Positions 25,278 through 32,000 of a DNA stretch of 32,000 bases are shown one piece after another. The translations under genes were made by a program, and so were the position numbers. The notes under the pieces are model-generated. The model was not told the origin of the DNA. It did no database searches and worked only from the letters and a program-made list of their open reading frames with translations. Every line of letters starts with the position of its first letter. Within the stretch, counting starts at the first letter, position 1. This DNA is from Geobacter sulfurreducens PCA (GTDB lineage Bacteria > Desulfobacterota > Desulfuromonadia > Geobacterales > Geobacteraceae): the NCBI RefSeq assembly GCF_000007985.2, contig NC_002939.5:1440001-1472000 (forward strand), in the 5' to 3' direction.

Positions 25278-25293
25278 TGGCACGCCAATTGGA
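25278..25293 (+). promoter_or_regulatory. Candidate sigma-54 promoter TGGCACG-CCAA-TTGGA
   Basis: Perfect -24 TGGCACG with correct 10-nt spacing. The -12 element is TTGG instead of TTGC. Lies 54 nt upstream of ATG 25347. Confidence 0.5.
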
Positions 25294-25346
25294 TTAGACT
25301 CCGTCGTAACCCGGCGGAACCGAAGCCGCCTTCAAAGGAGCCTGTC

Positions 25347-25751
25347 ATGGGTGCAATGAAAAAAGGAACCATCGGTATCGTGGTCGCGGCAGTGATCGTG
25401 GTGGTGCTCTGTGCATTTGCGGTGCGGCTGGAGGCGTCGGCTGACAGCGTGGCCGTCCTGCGGGCCCAGGGCATGACCTGCGGCAGCTGCGCCGGCAAGA
25501 TCGAGAAGACGCTCGGCAAACAGGCGGGCGTCGCCAGAGTCCAGGTGGACGTGGATGCCGGCAAGGTCGTGGTCGGCTTCGACTCCCGCACCGTGCGGCC
25601 CGAGATTCTGGCCGAACGCGTTACCGGCGCCGGCTACGGATGCAGCATCCTCCAGGTCCTCACCCCCGAGGAGTACCGGGCGCAGACCGGCAGTACCACC
25701 GCCTTTGTCCGGCAGGGTGGCGGGTGCGGCGGAGGCTGCTGCGGTAAGTAG
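25347..25751 (+). CDS. Membrane-anchored heavy-metal-associated (HMA) domain protein with poly-Cys C-terminus
   Basis: 134 aa. N-terminal TM/signal anchor GTIGIVVAAVIVVVLCAFAV. HMA motif GMTCGSCAGKIE. Tail GGGCGGGCCGK. RBS AAAGGAG. Confidence 0.85.
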   Translation: MGAMKKGTIGIVVAAVIVVVLCAFAVRLEASADSVAVLRAQGMTCGSCAGKIEKTLGKQAGVARVQVDVDAGKVVVGFDSRTVRPEILAERVTGAGYGCSILQVLTPEEYRAQTGSTTAFVRQGGGCGGGCCGK

Positions 25752-25867
25752 GGCCCGGCTGGTCGGGGGCTCGTTGAGTTTCATCGGCCCCTCCGCCGCA
25801 CGAACACAACCAACACTCGCTCAGAAACACTCCCGGCAGGGAGAAACGCGCAAGGGGGATATTCGCA

Positions 25868-26344
25868 ATGCAGACCGGAACAGTAAAGCAGATGATGAAG
25901 CTCGGGGTGATCGCTCTGGCGGCCGTGCTGGTCGTGGCTGGAGCGGTGACTGCCTTCAGCCTGCCGGGGTTCGGCAAGTTCGAAAAGGCCAAGGTCGTGA
26001 AGGGTGCCGTGAGCATTCCCCTGGCCGACCTGCAGGACGGCAAGGCCCGTTTCTACCGCCACAGCGAAGGGGGGCGCGATATTGCCTTCTTCGCGGTCAA
26101 GGCCCCTAACGGCAGCTACCGGGCCGCCTTTGACGCCTGCGAGGTCTGCTTCCAGGAGAAGAAGGGCTACGTGCAGGATGGCGGCTTCATGACCTGCCGC
26201 CAGTGCAACAAGAAGTTCGCCACCGACCGCATCGGCGAGGGGCCGGGCGGCGGATGCAACCCGGCGGCCATCCCCGCCCGGCAGGCCGGCGGCAATCTGG
26301 TTATCAACGTAGCCGACATCCGCACCGGCGCCCGGTTCTTCTGA
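25868..26344 (+). CDS. Single-TM Cys-rich protein, DUF2318-like (CxxC-x15-CxxC-x16-C)
   Basis: 158 aa. TM helix LGVIALAAVLVVAGAV. CEVCFQEKKGYVQDGGFMTCRQCNKKFATDRIGEGPGGGCNP. The family assignment is from memory of DUF2318 proteins that accompany FtsX/ABC pairs. Confidence 0.7.
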   Translation: MQTGTVKQMMKLGVIALAAVLVVAGAVTAFSLPGFGKFEKAKVVKGAVSIPLADLQDGKARFYRHSEGGRDIAFFAVKAPNGSYRAAFDACEVCFQEKKGYVQDGGFMTCRQCNKKFATDRIGEGPGGGCNPAAIPARQAGGNLVINVADIRTGARFF

Positions 26345-26385
26345 GCCCGGCAGCCTGACAACAGTACACAGGAACGGGGAGCTCC

Positions 26386-27546
26386 ATGAAGCTGCATAAC
26401 ATCTCGATCAACAACCTGCGCCGCCGCCGGGCCAAGATGCTCTTTCTCACCGTGGGGCTCGCCGTGGGGATTGCCACCATCGTCACCCTCATGACCCTCA
26501 CCGCCTCCATGTCCAACGACATCGGGCGCAAGATGGACGAATTCGGCGCCAATATCCTGATCACCCCCCAGAGCAACGACCTCTCCATGAGCTACGGGGG
26601 CATCAGCCTGGGCCGGGTCACCTTCGACCAGCGGGAGATCCGTCAGGAGGACCTGGCGCGGATCACCGCCATCAAGAACAACAAAAACATCCTGGCTGTA
26701 TCCCCCAAGGTTCTTGGCGGGGTACGATTCGGCGACAAGGACGCCCTCCTGGTGGGGGTCGACTTCGAGAGCGAACTCAAGATGAAACAGTGGTGGCGGG
26801 TTTTCGGCGAGGTGCCCAAGGACGGCGCGGGCGTGCTCCTGGGCAGTTCCGCTGCGGACACGGCCCATCTTACCCCGGGCGACGCCGTCACCATTGCCGG
26901 ACGTTCCTTCACCGTCACCGGCGTACTCGATCAGACCGGCTCCCAGGACGACTCCCTCATCTTCATGCCCCTGGCCGACGCCCAGAAACTGCTGGGCAAG
27001 GAAGGGCGGATCACCCTGGTGGAAGTGGCGGCCCTCTGCTCCGGCTGCCCCATCGGCGACATGGTGGTGCAGATCGCCGAAAAGCTCCCCGAAGCAAAGG
27101 TCACCGCCATCCAGCAGGTGGTCGAGTCGCGGCTCAAGGCCCTGGACCATTTCCGCCGCTTCGCCTACGCCGTGGCCGGCGTGGTCATCTTCATCGGCTC
27201 ACTCATCGTCTTCGTCACCATGATGGGGAGCGTCAACGAGCGCACCACCGAGATCGGCGTGTTCCGCGCCATCGGCTTCCGCAGGAGCCACATCATCCGG
27301 ATCATCCTGCTGGAGGCGGCCCTGGTGAGCGTCCTGGCCGGGCTCGTCGGCTACGCCGCCGGCATGGGCGGGGCCACCGTGGCGCTCCCGTTCATGGCCG
27401 AAAGCAAGGACGCCGTCCTGGTCTGGGATTCTACGGTCCTGGCCGGGTCGGTCCTCCTCTCCCTGGTGGTGGGGATGCTGGCGAGCCTCTACCCGGCGCT
27501 CCACGCCAGCAGGATGGACCCCACCGAGGCGCTCAGGGCGCTGTAA
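26386..27546 (+). CDS. ABC transporter permease, FtsX/MacB-LolCE type
   Basis: 386 aa. TM1, then an extracytoplasmic domain of about 220 aa, then 3 C-terminal TM helices (FtsX domain, ...EIGVFRAIGFRRSHI...). Ends ...MDPTEALRAL, typical of this family. Confidence 0.9.
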   Translation: MKLHNISINNLRRRRAKMLFLTVGLAVGIATIVTLMTLTASMSNDIGRKMDEFGANILITPQSNDLSMSYGGISLGRVTFDQREIRQEDLARITAIKNNKNILAVSPKVLGGVRFGDKDALLVGVDFESELKMKQWWRVFGEVPKDGAGVLLGSSAADTAHLTPGDAVTIAGRSFTVTGVLDQTGSQDDSLIFMPLADAQKLLGKEGRITLVEVAALCSGCPIGDMVVQIAEKLPEAKVTAIQQVVESRLKALDHFRRFAYAVAGVVIFIGSLIVFVTMMGSVNERTTEIGVFRAIGFRRSHIIRIILLEAALVSVLAGLVGYAAGMGGATVALPFMAESKDAVLVWDSTVLAGSVLLSLVVGMLASLYPALHASRMDPTEALRAL

Positions 27547-27578
27547 CGTACACCGCAACCATAGTTCGGGGGAACGCA

Positions 27579-28283
27579 ATGGCACTCATACAAATCAATG
27601 ATCTCACCAGGCACTACGCCGGCGGCGACGAGACCGTCCAGGCGCTCCGGGGCGTAAGCCTGACCATCGAAGACGGCGAGTTCGTCACCATCATGGGCCA
27701 GTCCGGATCGGGCAAGAGCACGCTCCTGTCGGTCCTGGGGGGAATGAACCACCCCACCGCCGGCGAGGTGGAAATGGCCGGAGTCCGGCTCTACGAGCTC
27801 TCCGGCGAGCAACTGGCCGACTTTCGCGCCGAGAAGCTCGGCTTCGTGTTCCAGTCGTTCCACCTGGTGCCGTACCTGACGGCCCTGGAGAACGTCATGC
27901 TTCCCCTGTCCATTACCAGGATGAAGAACCGCGACAAGATCGCTGCGGCACGTGAAGCCCTGGAGCGGGTCGGGCTGGGCGGCAAGGCCGACCGGCTCCC
28001 CAACCAGCTCTCCGGCGGCGAGCAGGAGCGGGTCGCCATCGCCCGGGCCATCGTCAAGAAGCCCCCCATCATCCTGGCCGACGAGCCCACCGGCAACCTG
28101 GACACGAAAACCAGCGAAGAGGTCATGGACCTGTTCCGCCGCCTCAACGCCGCGGGCCACACCGTTGTCATGGTCACCCATAACCCCGACAACTGCGCCT
28201 ACGCCGACCGGACCATCCGCCTGCGCGACGGCCTGGTTGTCGAAGACGGCGTGGCCGACGCAACTACGCGAACCGCCGCCTGA
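27579..28283 (+). CDS. ABC transporter ATP-binding protein (MacB/LolD-like)
   Basis: Track ORF 26790-28283 is over-extended. ATG 27579 follows GGGGGAA. Walker A GQSGSGKST, Q-loop, signature LSGGEQER, Walker B ILADEPTGNLD, H-loop VTHN. Confidence 0.95.
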   Translation: MALIQINDLTRHYAGGDETVQALRGVSLTIEDGEFVTIMGQSGSGKSTLLSVLGGMNHPTAGEVEMAGVRLYELSGEQLADFRAEKLGFVFQSFHLVPYLTALENVMLPLSITRMKNRDKIAAAREALERVGLGGKADRLPNQLSGGEQERVAIARAIVKKPPIILADEPTGNLDTKTSEEVMDLFRRLNAAGHTVVMVTHNPDNCAYADRTIRLRDGLVVEDGVADATTRTAA

Positions 28284-28329
28284 AGCGGCCACCGGATATC
28301 GTAGGGATTCACGCCGAAGAAAAAAAGTG

Positions 28330-28359
28330 TTGACTCCCCCCGCGTCCCTTTGCTATATA
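28330..28359 (+). promoter_or_regulatory. Sigma-70 promoter of tRNA-Gly (TTGACT-18 nt-TATATA) with A-rich UP-like tract
   Basis: TTGACT 28330-28335, TATATA 28354-28359. GAAGAAAAAAAG lies just upstream. The tRNA 5' end is 16 nt downstream of the -10. Confidence 0.6.
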
Positions 28360-28374
28360 ACGGGAACCTGTTTC

Positions 28375-28449
<75 letters not shown>

Positions 28450-28456
28450 AAAAGCC

Positions 28457-28494
28457 AAGGGGCCAGATCAAGAATCTGGCCCCTTTTTGTTTTG
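28457..28494 (+). terminator. Rho-independent terminator after tRNA-Gly
   Basis: AAGGGGCCAGAT-caaga-ATCTGGCCCCTT followed by TTTGTTTTG. Confidence 0.8.
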
Positions 28495-28630
28495 TATGTA
28501 CTACTCACAGCGTTTCAGCTCACCTCTTTTATTCACACCTTACGGCATCTCCGGAATAACTTTTCCATCGAATTAGTAACGTCTGTGCCCACCTTCAAGA
28601 TGCGGCTCTCGTTTCCCGCAACGGTTCCGT

Positions 28631-29539
28631 TCAGCGTGAAGTCCGACCGGTGTCCGAGGAGCAGTCGGCTGCGAGGATAGCGATCAGCTGGTGCAGGGCG
28701 GGGTTGGTGTTGCCGGGAAGCCATGCCGCTGCCAGGCGGACCGGGTCCAGGGGGTCGCGGAGCGGGATGAAAGCTACATTGGGATGGGGCAGGCCGGCCA
28801 CGTCGCTCGGCATGAGGCATACCCCCTTGCCCGTCCCGATCATCCCCAGGACCTCGATCAGCGACCCGGCCTTCAACTCGAACTTGGGCCTGAAGCCCGC
28901 CCTGGCGCAGGCAGTGCTGATGACCCGGTTCCGGCCGGGGAACTTGTCCTCCAGGTAGCCGATGAAGGTGTCGCCTTCAAGCTCCCCGATGCATATCTCC
29001 GAACGTCCCGCCAGCCGGTGGCGCACCGGCAGCACCGCCACCAGGGGAACTTCCCTCAAGACATACAGTTCGAATTCGTCCCCGGCCCCGTCGTGGGGGT
29101 TGCCGATGAACCCCAGATCGATTTGCCGGTAGCGCAGGGCGGCAATCTGGTCGCCGGGCGACATCTCGTTGACCGTGACGTCGATGTCGGGCCGCTCCTG
29201 GGACAGCCTCACGAGGGCGTCGCTGAGAAACGACTCCATGGCGGTCGAGATGAAGCCGATGGTGAGCTTCTGGTGATTCAGCCCATTTTCCCTGACCGCA
29301 CGTATTCCCTCCTCGCAATCCTGCAGAACGCGGCGCGCGTAAAAAAGAAACTTCTCTCCTGCCGCAGTCAGACGCAAACCAAACCGTTCCCGGGTAAAGA
29401 GCTGGGCTCCCAGCTCGCATTCCAGCTCTTTGATCAGGCGGCTGACCGCGGGCTGCGATATGTGGAGCCTGTTGGCGGCCCGGGTGAAATTGAGCTCTTC
29501 CGCCGTAGCGGCAAAGTATCGCAAGTGTCTGAGTTCCAT
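28631..29539 (-). CDS. LysR-family transcriptional regulator
   Basis: 302 aa. N-terminal wHTH MELRHLRYFAATAEELNFTRAANRLHISQPAVSRLIKELE. C-terminal LysR substrate-binding domain. Confidence 0.93.
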   Translation of the reverse strand: MELRHLRYFAATAEELNFTRAANRLHISQPAVSRLIKELECELGAQLFTRERFGLRLTAAGEKFLFYARRVLQDCEEGIRAVRENGLNHQKLTIGFISTAMESFLSDALVRLSQERPDIDVTVNEMSPGDQIAALRYRQIDLGFIGNPHDGAGDEFELYVLREVPLVAVLPVRHRLAGRSEICIGELEGDTFIGYLEDKFPGRNRVISTACARAGFRPKFELKAGSLIEVLGMIGTGKGVCLMPSDVAGLPHPNVAFIPLRDPLDPVRLAAAWLPGNTNPALHQLIAILAADCSSDTGRTSR

Positions 29540-29552
29540 AATGAATTTAACT

Positions 29553-29567
29553 ATAACCTCAAGTTAT
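29553..29567. promoter_or_regulatory. LysR-type dyad ATAAC-N5-GTTAT (contains T-N11-A) in the divergent intergenic region
   Basis: Perfect 5-bp arms, 14 nt upstream of the LysR start codon (minus strand) and about 110 nt upstream of the hydrolase gene. Confidence 0.5.
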
Positions 29568-29677
29568 GGCACGTCAAATAAATACTTTATTGTCTTCATT
29601 AGATTGAGGAATATCCTGATATCAGAGGTGTTGTTCGGCCCGGTGCCCGAATGCGGGCCGACGAAAGGAGTCATGTC

Positions 29678-30331
29678 ATGAACTACACCGAACTTCTCAA
29701 TCCCCAGAACTCCGCGGTCATCTTTATCGATTTCCAGCCCCAGATGACCTTCGGCGTTGCCAATATCGACCGGCAAACCCTGTTCAACAACGTTATCCTG
29801 CTGGCCAAGGCGGCCAGGATCTTCAAGGTGCCGACCATCCTCACCACGGTGGAGACCAAGAGCTTCTCGGGCAATATGTGGCCCCAGCTCCTGGATATCT
29901 TCCCCGGCCAGGAACCGATCGAGCGCAGCTCCATGAACTCCTGGGAAGATGCCGCGTTCGTGGCGGCGGTGAAGGCCACCGGCAGGAAGAAACTGGTCAT
30001 GGCCGCTCTCTGGACCGAGGTCTGCCTGGCATTCCCGGCCCTGGGGGCCCTCAAGGCGGGCTATGACGTCTACGCCGTGGAAGATGCCTCCGGCGGCACC
30101 ACCCTGACCGCCCATAACGCTGCCATGCGCCGCGTCGAGCAGGCCGGCGCAGTCCCCGTGACCTCACTGCAGGTGCTCCTCGAATATCAACGCGACTGGG
30201 CGCACAAGGAGACCTACAACGACGTCATCGCGGTGGTGAAGGAGCATTGCGGGGCATACGGCCAAGGCGTGGAATATGCCTACACGATGGTTCATGGGGC
30301 GCCTCCCAGCAGGGGAGGCGCAGGACACTGA
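29678..30331 (+). CDS. Isochorismatase-family cysteine hydrolase (YcaC-like)
   Basis: ATG 29678 lies 7 nt after AAAGGAG (the track starts at 29651). Motifs VIFIDFQ (Asp), Lys region and LWTEVCL (catalytic Cys). Confidence 0.88.
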   Translation: MNYTELLNPQNSAVIFIDFQPQMTFGVANIDRQTLFNNVILLAKAARIFKVPTILTTVETKSFSGNMWPQLLDIFPGQEPIERSSMNSWEDAAFVAAVKATGRKKLVMAALWTEVCLAFPALGALKAGYDVYAVEDASGGTTLTAHNAAMRRVEQAGAVPVTSLQVLLEYQRDWAHKETYNDVIAVVKEHCGAYGQGVEYAYTMVHGAPPSRGGAGH

Positions 30332-30441
30332 CATCATGGGAAACACAGCAACCGATAACGACCCCGTAACCGCCGCGGTCATGCCGGTTTTCACCCACAT
30401 TCTCCGGCCGTGGCTGGGAAAGGACACCTAAGGGGGATATC

Positions 30442-32000
30442 ATGCGAGCACCTGACCTGATTCTGCATAACGGATCCATCACGACCCTCGATCCGTCCCT
30501 GCCGCAGGTGTCCGCAGTAGCCATTACTGACGGACGGATTACCGCGGCAGGCGGCGAGGAACTCCTGGCCTCCGCGGGCCGGGACACGGTACGGATCGAC
30601 CTGAAGGGGCGCCGGGCCATTCCCGGCCTCAACGACTCCCACATCCACGTGATCCGCGGAGGCCTCAACTTCACCATGGAACTGCGCTGGGACGGCGTTC
30701 CGTCCCTGGCCCTGGCCCTGGAGATGCTCAGGGAGCAGGCCCGGAGAACCCCGCCGCCCCAGTGGGTGCGCGTGATCGGCGGCTGGACCGAGTTCCAGTT
30801 CGTGGAGCGCCGGATGCCGACGCTCGACGAGATCAACAGGGTATCGCCCGATACGCCGGTGTTCGTGCTGCATCTCTATGATCGCGCCCTGGTCAACGGG
30901 GCCGGCCTGAGAGCGCTCGGCTACACGAAAGACACCCCTGACCCGCCGGGAGGAGAGATCCAGCGGGACAGGGCGGGCAACCCGACCGGGCTCCTGATCG
31001 CGAAGCCAAATGCCCTGATCCTCTACGCCAGCCTGGCCAAGGGGCCGAAGCTCGGTTTCGACGATCAGGTCACATCGACCCGCCACTTCATGCGCGAGCT
31101 GAACCGCCTCGGCATCACCAGCTGCATCGACGCCGGCGGGGGCTTCCAGAACTACCCGGACGATTACCGGGTCATCGAGCATCTGGCCGAACGGGACGAG
31201 CTGACCCTGCGGATTGCCTACAACCTCTTCACCCAGCGGCCCAAAGAGGAATACGACGACTTTGCCCGCTGGATAACCATGACCGGGCCGGGAAAGGGCA
31301 GCGACGTCTACAAAATGAACGGCGCCGGCGAGATGCTGGTCTTTTCGGCCGCCGATTTCGAGGATTTCCTGGAACCGCGCCCCGATCTCATGCCGGCGAT
31401 GGAGGAGGAACTCAAGAAGGTGGTCGCCCTGCTGGTGGAGCACCGGTGGCCGTTCCGGCTCCACGCCACCTATGACGAGTCGATCTCCCGCTTCCTGGCC
31501 GTCTTCGAGGCGGTGGACCGGGAGATCCCGTTTCGGGGGCTGCGCTGGTTCTTCGACCATGCCGAGACCATCTCGAACCGGAATCTGGAGCGGGTCCGGC
31601 GCCTGGGCGGCGGCATTGCCATCCAGGACCGGATGGCGTTCCAGGGCGAGTACTTCGTGGCTCGCTACGGTGCCGAGGCAGCCAAGCGGACCCCGCCCAT
31701 CGCCCGGATGCTCGCCATGGGCATCCCGGTGGGAGCGGGCACCGACGCCACGCGGGTTTCCAGCTACAACCCCTGGCTTTCCCTCTACTGGCTGGTGAGC
31801 GGGAAGACCGTGGGCGGGCTGCCGCTGTATGACGACGCCAATCGGCTCGACCGGACCGCCGCCCTCAGGCTCTACACCGAGGGGAGCTCCTGGTTCTCCG
31901 GCGACAACGGCAGCAAAGGGGCGCTCATCGCGGGCCGGCACGCCGACCTGGCGGTGCTGTCGGCGGACTACTTCGCCGTTCCCGAGGCGCGGATCAAAGA
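30442..32000 (+). CDS. Metal-dependent amidohydrolase (Amidohydro_3/YtcJ-like), 3' end outside window
   Basis: Not in the track (open at the window edge). ATG 30442 follows AGGGGGA. MRAPDLILHNGSITTLD...GRRAIPGLNDSHIHVIRGG (HxH metal site) ... FRLHATYDE ... GAGTDATRV. The antisense 516-aa track ORF is rejected. Confidence 0.88.
   Translation, partial: MRAPDLILHNGSITTLDPSLPQVSAVAITDGRITAAGGEELLASAGRDTVRIDLKGRRAIPGLNDSHIHVIRGGLNFTMELRWDGVPSLALALEMLREQARRTPPPQWVRVIGGWTEFQFVERRMPTLDEINRVSPDTPVFVLHLYDRALVNGAGLRALGYTKDTPDPPGGEIQRDRAGNPTGLLIAKPNALILYASLAKGPKLGFDDQVTSTRHFMRELNRLGITSCIDAGGGFQNYPDDYRVIEHLAERDELTLRIAYNLFTQRPKEEYDDFARWITMTGPGKGSDVYKMNGAGEMLVFSAADFEDFLEPRPDLMPAMEEELKKVVALLVEHRWPFRLHATYDESISRFLAVFEAVDREIPFRGLRWFFDHAETISNRNLERVRRLGGGIAIQDRMAFQGEYFVARYGAEAAKRTPPIARMLAMGIPVGAGTDATRVSSYNPWLSLYWLVSGKTVGGLPLYDDANRLDRTAALRLYTEGSSWFSGDNGSKGALIAGRHADLAVLSADYFAVPEARIK

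Noticed and set aside
30336-30431. 31-codon ORF (MGNTATDNDPVTAAVMPVFTHILRPWLGKDT) between the hydrolase and amidohydrolase genes
   Set aside because: No convincing RBS and no recognisable features. It is too short to distinguish from chance in a 110-nt spacer.
30391-31941. 516-aa minus-strand ORF
   Set aside because: Antisense to the plus-strand amidohydrolase. That gene has a start codon with an RBS, an HxH metal site and a coherent family pattern, and is missing from the track only because it runs off the window.

Overview
GC-rich chromosomal segment with a Geobacter/Desulfuromonadales-like character (multihaem cytochrome, several sigma-54 components). This taxonomic call is inferred from gene content only. 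Positions 1-14.9 kb are mainly housekeeping and regulatory: a TVP38-family membrane protein plus a MerA-like flavoprotein disulfide reductase, a REC-GAF regulator, and a polyprenyl-PP synthase. They also hold a small-ORF / histidine kinase / NtrC-type activator / TlpA / CcdA gene string behind a well-spaced sigma-54 promoter. Further genes are a VOC protein, a 29-codon membrane ORF, an RRM RNA-binding protein, RecG with an unusual N-terminal extension, a homocysteine methyltransferase-family protein, PpnP and GluQRS. Positions 14.9-28.3 kb form a metal/redox accessory block. It contains a CusCBA-type RND efflux operon with an unusual His/Met-rich periplasmic protein, and a 7+1-haem cytochrome c with two C-terminal IPT/TIG-like domains (OmcZ-like layout). 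It also contains TerC behind a yybP-ykoY Mn riboswitch, a lipoprotein, and an HMA / DUF2318-like / FtsX / ABC-ATPase module. That module sits behind an inverted-repeat + IHF-site + -24/-12 promoter arrangement and is my best candidate for an uncharacterised system. tRNA-Gly(GCC) follows, then LysR + isochorismatase-like hydrolase + amidohydrolase (runs off the window). I saw no CRISPR, IS element, integrase or recognisable defence genes. Many long ORFs in the track are antisense or N-terminally extended artefacts of the high GC content, so starts were re-picked where an RBS or signal peptide supports it.
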